Below, one piece after another: positions 1-12,559 of a stretch of DNA of 64,000 nucleotides. The DNA is taken from assembly GCA_011109175.1 (NCBI GenBank), contig RDEW01000009.1, forward strand, positions 1,444,950 to 1,508,949, written 5' to 3'. Made by a program: the position numbers and the translations under genes. Below the pieces are notes generated by a model. The model did no database searches and was not told the origin of the DNA. It saw only the letters and a list, made by a program, of their open reading frames with translations. Positions within the stretch are counted from its first letter, which is position 1, and every line of letters starts with the position of its first letter. The DNA is from Dicyema japonicum (taxonomy: Eukaryota; Animalia; Dicyemida).

Positions 1-239
1 AATAATTTTTATTTTCATTTTCCATTCTTTGTGAACGAAATTTGAATATTTAATTTTTTTTTATTTAAAAAAAAGTTTATGTTATCCATCTTAAATAAAT
101 GATTTCCCGTTCCATCAAATCCCTCATTTGTCTGGTGTTCCTGTCCTTCATTTTACTGCACTTGGAGTCTAAATGAATTAAAGGAGGAGCATTCTCAAAT
201 ATCGAATAATTTGTTCGTATAGATATTTTCAGAAATCGC
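1..239 (-). repeat. 3' end remnant of jockey/I-like LINE; near-identical to 984-1221
   Basis: Direct repeat of 984-1221. Minus strand reads RQMRDLMEREIIYLRWIT*, like the C-terminus KMRDLMEAAGIT* of the LINE at 47985-49810. Confidence 0.65.
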
Positions 240-299
240 TCTTAGCTTAACAAGATTCTCTGTATGTCTGAAACCTAAAGTTACTTATATATATTTACT

Positions 300-746
300 C
301 CCGACCGCAACCGGTCGTACTCCGCCGCCCTTCTTATCAAAGGCTATCAAATTGGCGGAGAATATGACATGGCGGATAACATCGGAAAGTACTTCAGATA
401 GGATCCAGTTCACAAGTGAAGTAATTGAATTCGTAAGACCAAGTCCCTGGTCCTTAGATCTTTCAGATGGCCAGGTCTCATTCCGTCGAGCCCGCCACTA
501 CTAAGGCAAAATTCCGTATTGCGATGAGAACTTTCTCCGGATGGGAGAGCGACTTGAAGTAGGTTGTGGGGTGGCAGAGAATGCTTGTTTAGTAAAATAT
601 GTTAGAAGTCAGGAGTCGGTTTTCGCGGTCCATAGAAAAAAGTAACTTGGTAGCTGCGTGGGTACCACCTTCAAATAATTTCGACCGAACAGTTCTCTTG
701 AGACGGGGCACTTTAACTTCCTGGACGATGTGTCTCCCGCGTACGG
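300..746 (-). mobile_element. CRE-clade RT fragment, duplicate of 2355-2801
   Basis: Near-identical to 2355-2801; encodes GMRPGHLKDL and FSANLIAFDKKGGGVRPVAVG; ends at the N at 747. Confidence 0.75.
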
Positions 747-983
747 NTTTTCTTGCGTATCCAGTTGAAAATAAAATAAACCAGGCGATTATCATTTGAA
801 TGAAGCAGAATCACTTGATTATATATATCGAAGAATCCTAAATATTTTTTCTTAATTGTTATTTTTAGCTATTATCAGAAGCAAAGCAATCATAGAATTA
901 TATAGTCGTCAATTGATACAAGGAATCTTCCAATAGGATAATGATGAAAATAACATCAAGTTTGATTTAAGATTTAATAATTA

Positions 984-1330
984 ATAATTTTTATTTTCTT
1001 TTTCCATTCTTTGTGAACGAAATATGAATATTTAACCTATTTTTATTAAAAAAAAGTCTATGTTATCCATCTTAAATAAATGATTTCCCGTTCCATCAAA
1101 TCCCTCATTTGTCTGGTGTTCCTGTCCTTCATATTACTGCACTTGGAGTCTAAATGAATTAAAGGAGGCCCATTCTCAAATATCGGAGAATTTGTACGTA
1201 TAGATATTCACCAGAAATCGCATACACAAGAGATATATAGTTCGATGAACTAGCTGTACACTTTCCTTAGAACCTGGCGAATACAGATCCCGTAAAACAT
1301 AAGACATATTAGGAGTTGTAGTGAAATTAT
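984..1330 (-). mobile_element. jockey/I-like LINE 3' fragment, internally deleted
   Basis: Minus strand FIELYISCVCDFW matches FIEPSISYACAS of the 47985 element, followed by the same C-terminal motif. Confidence 0.55.
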
Positions 1331-1489
1331 CATAAGAAAAAAATAAAATGATCATTTTAATATTTTGTCACCAATGAAAAGAAAATATAATGATTCAGAT
1401 GTCTTATGCAAACTTTGGATAATAAAAATCAAATTAAATATTAACAATTTATTTTGGAAAAAAGTTAGAAAATGATCATATAGCGACCG

Positions 1490-2900
1490 CTGCGTGGCTA
1501 TTCCCTCTCAGGATGACGAGCGAGATTCGCTCAAATAACAAGGTGCGCTCAGGGGATCTGCTGAAATCCGATTCCCTAGACGACTCAAAAATTCCAGCGT
1601 TGCAGGCGCAAGGGAACCAAATGTCTCAACGGTAGTGGAACAAACAAAAATCATTTTGTAGAAAAGCGAAATTTGCCCGTTTAAACCTCTCGGCCTCCCA
1701 GCTGCCGAATGAGCTCTAGAGGCACTTGGAGTAGTTTGAGAGGGGCATACGTATCGGTGAGGTGACGTTCCAGACAAAAGGTTTCCTGACTTTAAAGGGG
1801 AAGATGGTCATCCCATCTGTTCGTGTCCTGTCATGTCTGCAAAGAACGACTCGATAACAGAGGGATGTCCAGTGGCGTCCAAAGCTCGCCTAACGACTTA
1901 GTTCAAACTCATGACTAGATGACACTAGCCTCCGACAACCGCATTGTCAAGATACCCTAGGTTAAGGGGCGAGCGCGAAAGATTGGTGATTTTCTCTATT
2001 ACAAAAAAAGCAATAAAGGTCCAATGGCACTCCGGAATACGAAGGGATTAGGTAGTCCCAGAAAAGTAAGGATGTAGGCTGTATGACTGATTTACAAATT
2101 CGAAAATATTAGGGCTCTCTCAATGCACAACCTCCAGGATATCTTCTTAGACTATTGAAGGCGTTCTTGATGTCCAGTCTGACAAGGACATGCCATCAGG
2201 AATCTTTTATACTGCGGTTTAGGAATGTTCTTACTGAATGGACAGCGGCCTCGCATCCCAGGCGAACACTGGCGCCCTACTTGAGATGGGTTCAAGAATT
2301 GTGTGGAATATAATGTTTGAAGGCAATCTTACCAGCCAGCCTTCTGAAGACAAACCCGACCGCAACCGGTCGTACTCCGCCGCCCTTCTTATCAAAGGCT
2401 ATCAAATTGGCGGAGAATATGACATGGCGGATAACATCGGAAAGTACTTCAGATAGGATCCGGTTCACAAGTGAAGTAATTGAATTCGTAAGACCAAGTC
2501 CCTGGTCCTTAGATCTTTCAGATGGCCAGGTCTCATTCCGTCGAGCCCGCCATTACTAAAGCAAAATTCCGTATTGCGATGAGAACTTTCTCCGGTTGGG
2601 AGAGCGACTTGAAGTAGGTTGTGGGGTGGCAGAGAATGCTTGTTTAGTAAAATATGTTAGAAGTCAGGAGTCGGTTTTCGCGGTCCATAGAAAAAAGTAA
2701 CTTGGTAGCTGCGTGGGTACAACCTTCAAATAATTTCGACCGAACAGTTCTCTTGAGACGGGGCACTTTAACTTCCTGGACGATGTGTCTCCCGCGTACG
2801 GTTAGAAGCTGTAGGCAACTGGGAATGTGAATTCCTCCCATAAAAGAACGAATGTTGGTCCTCATGGTGGTGAGAGAATCCTTACTGTGATCATCTCGAT
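1490..2900 (-). mobile_element. Degenerate CRE-clade non-LTR retrotransposon (RT + restriction-like endonuclease)
   Basis: KRTVRSKLFEGCTHAATKLL, GLDGMRPGHLKDL, FDKKGGGVRPVAVG, GCEAAVHSVRTF and VETFGSLAPATLEFLSRLGNRI are collinear with the element at 5090-8006; many frameshifts. Confidence 0.8.
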
Positions 2901-3549
2901 CAAGTCCCGGAGAGATGCTATCCGTCCAGCGCTCCTGTGATTCTTTAGATTGCTACACGTACTCTGAACTTCCTTAGAAGTGATAATTGTTTCCAGCATC
3001 CGCGGTTCTCAGATGAAAGGGGCCAGCTCATGACCGTTCGCATTGAGTGGTCTTTCAAAATGTAAAACCATTAATTCGATTTGTTTAACTGGTTGTCTCA
3101 CTCCAAGGTGTGTGCTTGTGGCAAGGGAAATATTTCTTCTAGTCTGGTCCCATAGGTCATATATAGTCATATTCTGTAGTGTATTTAATCGGCTCTCAAT
3201 TTTCTTTTGGTCATTTATCCCCACCAGCGGCAGAGACCAGAGCTTCTCTGTCATATATGCATTTGTTAGTTCCGGGTTCTTTCTAATGAGAGGCAACTAA
3301 TAGGCACTTTGTTTAGGTCGGGGTTCTTTCTGCCAATGTATTATTTCTTTAGGCAGAACTTGTCAATAACCATTTTATTGGCACTATTTATCATCAACCC
3401 TCCGTAAGAACGGGCATCATGCAGTAGGGGTTTGTCCTTAGTCCGACAAATGATGTACTCATTTTGTATATAATGACACTTTCGTCTTCAAGTTCTTTCA
3501 TCTGCTCCTGTGGCGACCTAAATGCATAAAGGCAGTGTTTTAGAAGAGG

Positions 3550-3700
3550 TCATTCACTTGACAGAAATTGGCCAGTAGTGTTCCCGAACTGTTTCTCCAC
3601 CCCCCCCCGTCCATGTCTGCCGATGAACGATTTTTCACAATTACGTCGTATCCCAACATTTGCTTTAAGGTCTCTGGCATACACGTTAATGATTGTCATG
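3550..3700 (-). mobile_element. RTE-type AP-endonuclease fragment
   Basis: DMTIINVYARDLKANVG..IGRHGRG resembles RTE APE motifs (TIIQVYAP, DWNAKVG, GRHGLG). Confidence 0.4.
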
Positions 3701-5090
3701 TCGCTTATTTTTTTATCAATGTTCTCGAATTCGTTTGGATCGATATCGACAAGTCCGATGTAGTAATTATATAGTGACAGTGCATGTTCGTTGATGGCCT
3801 TGAACATGTTAGCAGAGTTAAGTTTCGTATCTGCTAAATTATTTATTCTTTCGTTCATCTTATCAAAAATTGCCTTTAATACATCATTCTTCAAAACACT
3901 GCTTGACTTATCTTCAAGCACTCCCAGGTAGCGGTGACCATCAAGTCCATCAAGTAACCTTGCCTCCTCAGAATAGCTACGTACATTTGTTGTTGACTTA
4001 TCAAAATTCTTTTCAAGTCCAGCAGCTTCAAAGAAAGCATTGACTTGATTCATCATTCTTACCAATGTATCCTCTTTATGGGAAAATATTTTTAATTCAT
4101 CCATAAACAATAGATGATTGTTGCGTATGTTAGTGACATCCGATCTGGGTTGTTAATTATCACTCTCGGAAATTTTTCATTTAATGATTTGCTTAACACA
4201 TTTATCACAAAGACAAAGATCTGAGGGGACAGTGAGTCGCCTGTAGGATCCCCCTTTTCACTTTCACTACTTCAATCATTTTCTAACTAAATGTCAATTT
4301 AATCTTCTATTTAGTAATCAAGTTTTTAATAAAATTAACAATCCAAACAGGCAATCCAGATGCCTCAAGTACTTTATTCAGGAAATCATGATCCACGGAA
4401 TAAAAAGCCTATTTAACGTCTATCCAGGCAGTAGCCAAATTATTCCGGTTCTAATGATTGATACACTGATTTATTAGTGCTTGCTCTTTGGCCCCTTGAC
4501 AGAATCTACGAATTCCCAGTTGGTTGTCACAAATCAGTCTATATGCTTCAATGTAGTCTGATAGTTTCCTATTCACACATTTCGTTGTTAACTCGTACAT
4601 ATTTGGAATACAGGTAATAGGTCTCAAGTCTTTTGGAGACTCACAATTAACTTTTTTCGGGATCAAATATGTTATTCCCATGTAAAACCACTCTTGAGGT
4701 GAGTATTCACCATGAATTATCTTGACGATTTCTTCACAAAGGGAGTCATGTATTGATGTAAATTTCTTAATAAAGAAATTGTACACTTCATCGCATTCAG
4801 CTGCTCTCCGGTTTGGAAAAATTTTAATCATATCGAAAATGATTTTTTTAGTGAAATTAGCATGCATTTCTTCCGAGCCTGTAGAGTTCTTATTTAATTG
4901 CAAGACTTTTTCCTCATTGTCTTGTTTATTCCAGATGTTCTCCCAGAATGCGAGGCACTCATTTTCATTAAAGCCAAACTTGGCTTTTTCATGTTCTCCA
5001 TTCAGATTCCTGTAAAAGTACCTCCTATTAAGTTCAAAGCACCAATTCTGTCTTTTAAATTCGTTTCTATTGTGTTAAATAAATAAAATA
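3700..5090 (-). mobile_element. R4/Dong-like non-LTR retrotransposon RT, degenerate
   Basis: WFYMGITYLIPKK..LRPITCIP, CQGAKEQALIN, TAWIDVK, GDSLSPQIF, NHLLFMDE, YLGVLE, FKAINEHAL. Confidence 0.8.
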
Positions 5091-8006
5091 ATCAGTTAAT
5101 TTATCCCCAGTAAAGCATATTTAAAACTGCCATCCATCCAAAGTGGACCCCGCCGACATTATCGACGTTGCGTTGCCTCTCACGATTGCAACAGAGATCA
5201 ACTGGAGTAGCCACCGGGTCTCACGTGCGTCGTGGCTTTTTAGTGTAGCTAAGCGTCCAAGTTTCTTTAGGAAGCGAAGCGATTTTCCACTTATTCCTCC
5301 AGTTGTCTCGACCACTATCGGATAAAACGCGAATCGGTCGCGTAGCGCTTCGTACTTCTTCTCCTTTGCCATCATCGTTTTTTCCGCGGAATACAGTGTG
5401 TCTACCGCGCTCCCGACAATGTTGGACGGGCAAAGCGTGTCGACACAAGTAGCGTCCCAGACCAAAGGTTTCCCCTCTTCGAATGGGAAAATTGTGATCC
5501 CGTCGGGACGTTTTCCGTCTCCTCTGTCCAGATCAACAGGTTCTAGTATGGCTGGGTATCCCGCAGACTCCAGGGCTCGCTTGACAATACCGTTGATCGC
5601 CTTGTGTCTTGGGTATCGTCCTGCACTCCTTAGACAAGAGAGGGCATGGAGTCCATAACAATCTGCGGTTGCGCCACATCGGCATTTGTGGGTCCGGCAA
5701 ATCTCCAGTCCAAGTCTGGTGGAGATGCCGATGCGGACAGTATCGTCGTCAAGATGGGTCCCGACACTGCCAACTGGGAGTGCATTGATCCATGCGCCAC
5801 TCGATTCGCATCTTCCAGTGACTAGACATGCACGTCTGTGTTGGTTTGATTGGTTCAGAAGCCTCTCATATTTATCCTCGCAGATGGTCCTGTAACGATC
5901 TTTCTGCTCAGGCATCATCCCCTTCAAATGCTCCATCTCTGTGATTTCAGATGATTCTGTTTGGAGTTGAAGAATCATTGACCAGCAGTCGGCTGGAGCC
6001 CAAAGAGGATAGATAAGCAGGGCAAGCCAGATCTTTCGTTGAAGGGATTCCCAGTCCGCCCAGGCTAACGGGTAGGGTCGCTTGGTCCCACCCTTGGTCG
6101 TCAAATTTCACATTTGTGATACGTTCAATAGTGGTCCGGAAGAGGAAATCGATAGCATCAAGCTGTTTCATTTTCAGGTAGCAGGGTGCCTCCAAAGAAC
6201 ATAGTACAGTTTCTGTGCTGATAAGGCGTTTCTCAGCAGGAATAGGGAGGTATGTGCGTTTAACATCTCCAGACGTCTGAATGTTGTTTTTAGTTGATGT
6301 TCTTTTGTTCTTAGAGTGTTACTGATTCCAACATCAGTAAGAGGGCATCCAAGTATTTCCAGTTCTTCTGATTTGGTTTCTGTGGCTTTCGGAATGATCT
6401 CTCTGAACATACCAAGGATCAGATCCCATTCAGACTGTGGAAATCCAAAATTGGTTACTTCACACTTATTGGTGTTTAGAGTTAGGCATAGGGATTCCAA
6501 TTGTACTATCAGACTTTTCAAACAATCTAGTACATCCTTCGGATGGCCGCCCATGGTGCAATCATCCAAATACCATACTCTCAGAGGAGTGGAGCAGTAT
6601 CCTGTGATACGGGCAATTCCCAGGCTGAACAAGGCGGGCCCCAGTGGGTCTCCTTGTTGGACTCCAGAAGACGATGGAATGTAATATTGGCCATGTACCA
6701 GACTGGATGGTTTTCCGTACGAACTATGAATATAGCTGTACACTGATGGGTAGTATGTGAAGCAATCCTCCAGAATTGTATCACGTCGTATCGAGTTGAA
6801 GGCATTTTTAATGTCAATTTTGACGATTACGTGAGGAATGTTCACGTTCTTTTCGGTGAATGTTCGGACAGCATGAACTGCCGCTTCACAACCCCCCGGT
6901 GTGCCGACCCCTATTTGGGTTGGTTGCAGCTGTGTTATCAGCGTAGGTAGGATTGCTCTACATACAAGCTTTGATGCCAACCGACTGCAATAGGGCGTAT
7001 TCCACCTCCCTTCTTGTCGAATGCGATTAACTTTGCGGAAAACATTACGTGTCGAATTGTTTCTGGTAGTGTCCCTGATAGCATCCTGTTCATTAGTTTG
7101 GTGATAGCCAACACGAGCCGGACCCCAGAGTTGCCCGTGTTATGAGCAATGAGATCTTTGATGTGACCCGGACGGAGTCCATCTAGTCCTCCACTGCTAC
7201 TCGGGACGAAAGAGAGGATACCATCTTTTACGTCCTCTTCAGAGACAAGCAGATTGGGTAATTGTCCTGGGCAAGGGGGAACCCGGTGGTCGTTGGGAAG
7301 ACTTGGGTGTCGCTCAACAAGTGATGCGTAGGACTGTTCGGACGGCTCAATTATACATTGTTGATCTGCAAGGATCCTCACCGCAGCACGGATACCACCT
7401 TCCGAAAGTTTTCGACGGATCGCGCTTCTTAATCTCTGAGTGTCCGAGATAGTCGATGTTGGCTTCTCATGGTTTTGAAATTTGTAGATGAGCTTTTCTG
7501 AGTGCCAATAGGTTTTTTGAGAAGAATGTGTGGACATTTTCCTTTACTAATGACGTAAGTGATTTCTCCTCTTTCCCCCTCCTATGGGGTATGCATAGTG
7601 TGAATGGAGCAAAGCAAAATAATCGTACCCAATCATCAGAGTCGTCCGAAGAAACTGCCCTTTCAATACACTCACATAGGCAGTCCGCGACAGATATACG
7701 GGCAGCTTTGGGGATCCTAATCAGGAGTCTTCGTGTGTGTGTCAGGTTGGAGATCAATTCAAGTATTTCCTGATGGTCTAGTGGAACATGTTCAGAAGGG
7801 TAGCGTAGGGAAGAGTTTGTCGTATTATCTGGTAGGAGACAAGATCGACAGTGCCAATCGGAAATGGCAGCCAGGGCTCTTTTAGTCATTCCGGCACAGG
7901 ACATGTGGAAGCCATACGAACATGCTGTGCAATGGATCATCCGCTTTCTTTTGTTCATTATGTTGCACTTTGTGCAGATCTCATATTCTTTTACAGTTTT
8001 CTGCAT
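5090..8006 (-). mobile_element. CRE-clade non-LTR retrotransposon: PHD finger + RT + CCHC + RLE, about 4 frameshifts
   Basis: Five collinear ORF pieces: C4HC3 finger (about 7840-7980), RIPKAAR motif, RT (QQGDPLGPALF, WYLDD), CRCGATADCYGLHALSC, RHKAIN, KRPDG..WDATC. Confidence 0.9.
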
Positions 8007-9120
8007 GTTCTTTTCTGATTTTCCTTTCTTATTCTCTTCTTATCCTCTTTTTTTAGCAACACAACGAGAACAGACGACACAACGTGTTTTTGTCAGACGA
8101 CAAATTCGTTTCTTGACTGATGAATTTTTAGTTTCTAAGACTTTGATTACATCTTGGATACAAGATGAAATTCTTCCAATTTCTCCCTTTTTGATTTTCG
8201 AAATACATATCCACACAGCATTTTTCTGGTTTCTTAGTCATAACTTTGGTTTGATTTCTGCTCTCCAATTGTTTGGATTTGTACCATTCTTTTCTTCAAT
8301 TCAATCAGTTTCAACTCAATATGAATTTACAGGGGGATTAGATTTATATATTCATAGATCGCTGAATTAACTCCTCCTAAAAGATCCTTTTTAAAGAGCT
8401 GGTAAAGAATTTTCTTAGTTGGTTTCCGTAAATCACGAGGAATCAATTTAATTTTCCCAATTTGTAGAGAAAATTCGTTATAGCATCTTGTAATGTTGGA
8501 AATTTCGGTTGAAGGGTTTTGGAAAATTTTATCTATAAAAAATCTGCTCTTCTTTCTTATTTTTAAATTTGAAACTAATTTATTGCATGAAAATTTATTA
8601 TTAGAAGCTTTGGTTATAATTGGCCATCCACCACGGAGAATTCTATCAAACCTTCTATAAGCAGATTGGACTACTTCATTGATCCACTCAACTTTATCTC
8701 CCTGCTTTACTTGGTTAGAAATTGCCAGGAGATATAGTAGTTTGGAAGAGAGATCAGGTTGTGCATCGGAGGAGATTCATTAATAATTTCCTGGGTTTCA
8801 TGCATCCAGGACCACTTTCTCTACGTTCTTATTGGTTTTTCCATCATTAATTTTCGTAGATAGGTCCTTGGAACTTGCTTCAAAACATTAGCTGAAACAA
8901 ACATGACCACACCACAAGATTTTGAATCTTTTTCCAGTGAAATTAAATATATTTATTTAATTATATTAAAAAATTAAATTAAAAAATGAGCTTACTGCCC
9001 CCCCCAAAAAACAGTAACAGGGAAAAACTGGTAACATTCTATTTTTTTAAATACTTAACAACTAAATATTATTTGGTTAAAATTAAAGTAATAATAAATA
9101 TTTATAAATATATTTACAGC

Positions 9121-9677
9121 GGCTAATACAAAGAAAAGATGTCAAATAAAGGGTAAATTAATTGATGCTAATTTCACTTTTAGTAATATGTCATTCTATC
9201 ATTAATAACGAGGAACTAAGTTACTCACGATGTGACCGTATTTGATAAAAATATATTTTAGATTCCACCTCTGAAGTGGTAGGCACTGAATCTAGTCCTG
9301 TGAGGAACGGAAAATTGGTGGTAAAGAAAAATACCGAACTGAATACCTACATCCACATAAAAAATCGTAATACAAAATTATAATTATTAATAGATGATGT
9401 GGAAAATATGTCGATGTCAATTACAGCTACAGTTTTTGGAATTTCTCAAACAATCTATGAAACTGATGATCCACAAGAATTTCTGGCGACTACACTTCCA
9501 GCTAGAGCTAATGATATCTCAGTGATTCACTTCCACTACTATAACACGTGTGATTATGGAAAAGTTTTAATTATTAAATTTTAGATTTTCCCCATTAAAC
9601 CAAAGCTAAAATTGATTCTTAGAGATCACCTTAGCCAAACTCTTCTGTGCGTTCATTTCGATGCAATATTGGAATAA
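9121..9677 (+). CDS. Multi-exon gene, possible ML-domain (NPC2/MD-2-like) lipid-binding protein; 5' end unresolved
   Basis: GT-AG introns at 9153-9183, 9238-9261, 9367-9393 and 9564-9584 give one frame: LSYSRCD..LVVKKNTELNTYIHIKN..ITATVFGI..FPIKPKLKLILRD..LLCVHFDAILE*. Fold call is by resemblance only. Confidence 0.45.
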
Positions 9678-11149
9678 CATTTACTTATTATTTACTAACA
9701 TGGGGTAATAGGAGGTGTTTCTGTCATTGCAACACTATGTAAACCAAAACTAACTTATCGGCTTCCTTGCTTAAAATTGAACTGCTATATCAGATTCTCT
9801 TAATGATCCAGATTGGCCTATGACCGATTAAAGCCACTGATATATTATAGTCAATATTTGCTTATATTAGGGGTTCTATGAGACTTCCAACTAATTATTA
9901 TTATTCATAGAACCAAAGAATGTTGTTAACTGAAAATGCCATTTGTGGAATACGATTTAGAGTCCTCTTCACCATACGTATCCTTCGGGCTCTGTCCACT
10001 GCATGCGACTTTTGGTACATTTGAATTTCTTTCCAAACGTTAACTACTGACTATAGATTTTGTGGTGTTATTTATATTAATTGTCTATTTTCAAAATTTG
10101 ACCCAATAAATCACTAAATAGGTTATTTTCTAGTCCAATTCTGACGATTATAATAGATTAGGTTGAAAATCTGAATACTTTCGGCAATTCAGGCGATATG
10201 CAGAAAACATTATGTTAAGAATATCAAAAGAATCGTGCGTTTCTTTCACATTATACATGTTTCTAGTTTATTATTATAAAAATATAGCCATTTGGTGCTT
10301 CGTGGCTAATTGGTTGAAGTTTCTTTTTTGTTCGTCTGTTCCTCCTCTCTCTTCCTATTAAAGTGACGTCATGTGATCCACCTGTCTAGGTAGCGCCCAG
10401 TGCCAGGCCGGCACGAAAAAGGATCATTTGCTCTCTCCTACTCTACTGGAGGGGTTTCCACAACTGCAAGTATGGACGTCTTTTACCCTTTATGTTCATT
10501 CCTGATGGACTCTGTCTGTAGAATCTGGATGCATTTAATTAGTTGTTTACTTTAACTTCTTATTTCGATGTATCCATGGTAAATAAATAAATTAATTAAT
10601 TATATGCGGATTGGGAATCCTTTCAGTAAACGACTCTCGTAAAATCATTTTATGTAGAATGCAGTCTCATCAAAATTATGACTCACATTGACTTTAATGT
10701 TGCTCTATTTTTGTCAAAATTAAAAAAATCTATTCTGGCTTAATGTTCCATGCATCTTGATGCTTTCTGATTTGACGAGAAGCCTCATCATCAGTGATAC
10801 CTCTGGTAAAGGAATGTGAATCTTAGAAACCATCCGCATTGTCAGATTCTTTCATTTCGCTCCTCGTATTGCCAGAAGTCGAAAGAATCGTAGACCTGAG
10901 ACGCATTAAGTTACCCTGGTTATAATAACTTGAAAACCAGGAAATATTAATTGAGAAAGGGCAAATGTCGGTCGCTCCCATAGATCTGTCATTTTCGGCT
11001 GGTGGACATATTTCAATGAGCCAGTTCCTTTTCTCCTATTATGTTTTCCTGGCGATGAGCAAGCCGATTCTGATTAGCAGATCAGTTCCTATGATTCCTG
11101 AAGTTTCCACGGGACTGGTTCAAAAATAAACTGTCCACCGTGACATACG

Positions 11150-12050
11150 TATTTTTTCATCTTTAAGGTCTCATCCTTCTCCGAAGCAGAGCCTGGTTTA
11201 GTTTCTGTCATAACAAGGTTGGAGGCAGAGAGGCTGTCCGCACAGGTGGTATCCAGGCAAGGTATCTACCGCTTTCCTATGGAAAGATAGTAGTTCCGTC
11301 CGGTCTTTGCTTGGCTAAGGGGAGTCCGAGCGGCTCCAACTGGACAAGGAATCAGCCGCTTCTAGTCCCCACACAATAACTCCGTTGATTGAACTGTGTC
11401 TTGGACTTCTTCCAGCACTTCTCAGGGAGGAGAGATCGCTAAAACCAAAAAAGTCGACATTCCTCCCATTTCTACAGCGATAGATCCATTCCGAGGCGGA
11501 TGGAAACCCCAATCCTTGTCGCGTCGTCATCCAATAGTGTCAAAAGTGAAATGCATGGTAATGCTCTCTCTGAGCCAGGCATCACTTTCGTTCGTCGATG
11601 CAGAAGCCAGACAGGCCAGACGATGCTGATCAACTCAGGTTTTATCTCGTCTATGATCTTTTGGCATAAAAGCTTGACCCATTCTAGTTGTTTATTAGCG
11701 TTCTTAGGGAATCCCACACTCAGTCGCGTCCAGACTTCCCGAGTCATGCATGTCACTGGTTCAGTGTCCGATCCGTTAACGTAGCGTAGGATCTGGCGTG
11801 TGAGATCAAGATAGAGAGGCCGGAGGGCGAGTTCTAGTGGTAGCGTATTTCGATTCCTCAGCCTGAATACGTTGCCTATAGCGATGGGTCTTAACCTACA
11901 ACAAGGCTTTCTGAAGGCGATCAGTTGGGATGCAAAAAGGAGTCCTTTGGGATAATGGAAAAAATCAGCCAGAAGAATGCGGTCTGTCCCAATGTAAGTC
12001 AAGGAGCATGTCGGTTGATCATTTAGCCACTCGGTGCGGATCCATGGTCT
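11150..12050 (-). mobile_element. Degenerate, internally deleted CRE-clade element
   Basis: LRPIAIGNVFR, DDDATRIGVSIRLG, RHSSINGVI, RPDGTTIFP..WDTTC. Confidence 0.75.
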
Positions 12051-12559
12051 GCTAAGACTATGTGTGGAGGCATAACAAGGTAGTAAGGAGTCTTCATCTT
12101 CAACTATGCAATAAGTATGTTCTTCGCCACATCAGAAAGTTGCGGACTCATAAGGTGCAATCTGTAGTAGAGGACACCAGGGTCCAAATCATGGTAGACA
12201 GTGTTATCCGAACCTCGGTGCTAGTCAAGCACAAAAGCATTTTAATAAGTTTTAAACAATTTTAAAGGACATATGATTTTTTGACCTTATTGACAAAAAT
12301 CTCCCTAGTCATGTGTAAACAAAATAGTGTGCCCGTTGCAAATAACCATAAGACAGGATGGAGGATAGCATTTGAGACAGGTCACCTGGTGTCATAATGA
12401 TTTCCCTTTTGTATAGGGATTTGCATAGAGGGAGACAGGGATGGTCTGGAAAAACGTCACAGACAAGAGCGACCCTCCCAGTAAGTAAGTAACTTATCAT
12501 AAAGAAAAAGCACTGTAAATTAAGTGATGAGGGAAGTAATATGAAACGGTAGGACATGC

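Noticed and set aside
1-2801. Two near-exact duplications (1-239 = 984-1221; 300-746 = 2355-2801) around the N at 747
   Set aside because: The pattern fits scaffold-gap or haplotype redundancy of TE fragments rather than a biological structure.
7864-8370. 168-aa hydrophobic plus-strand ORF
   Set aside because: Antisense shadow of the A-rich CRE 5' region; no recognisable domain.
8400-8940. Possible host gene remnant on the minus strand (KLLYLLAISNQV, CID-like)
   Set aside because: Could not be assembled into a consistent frame; resemblance too short.
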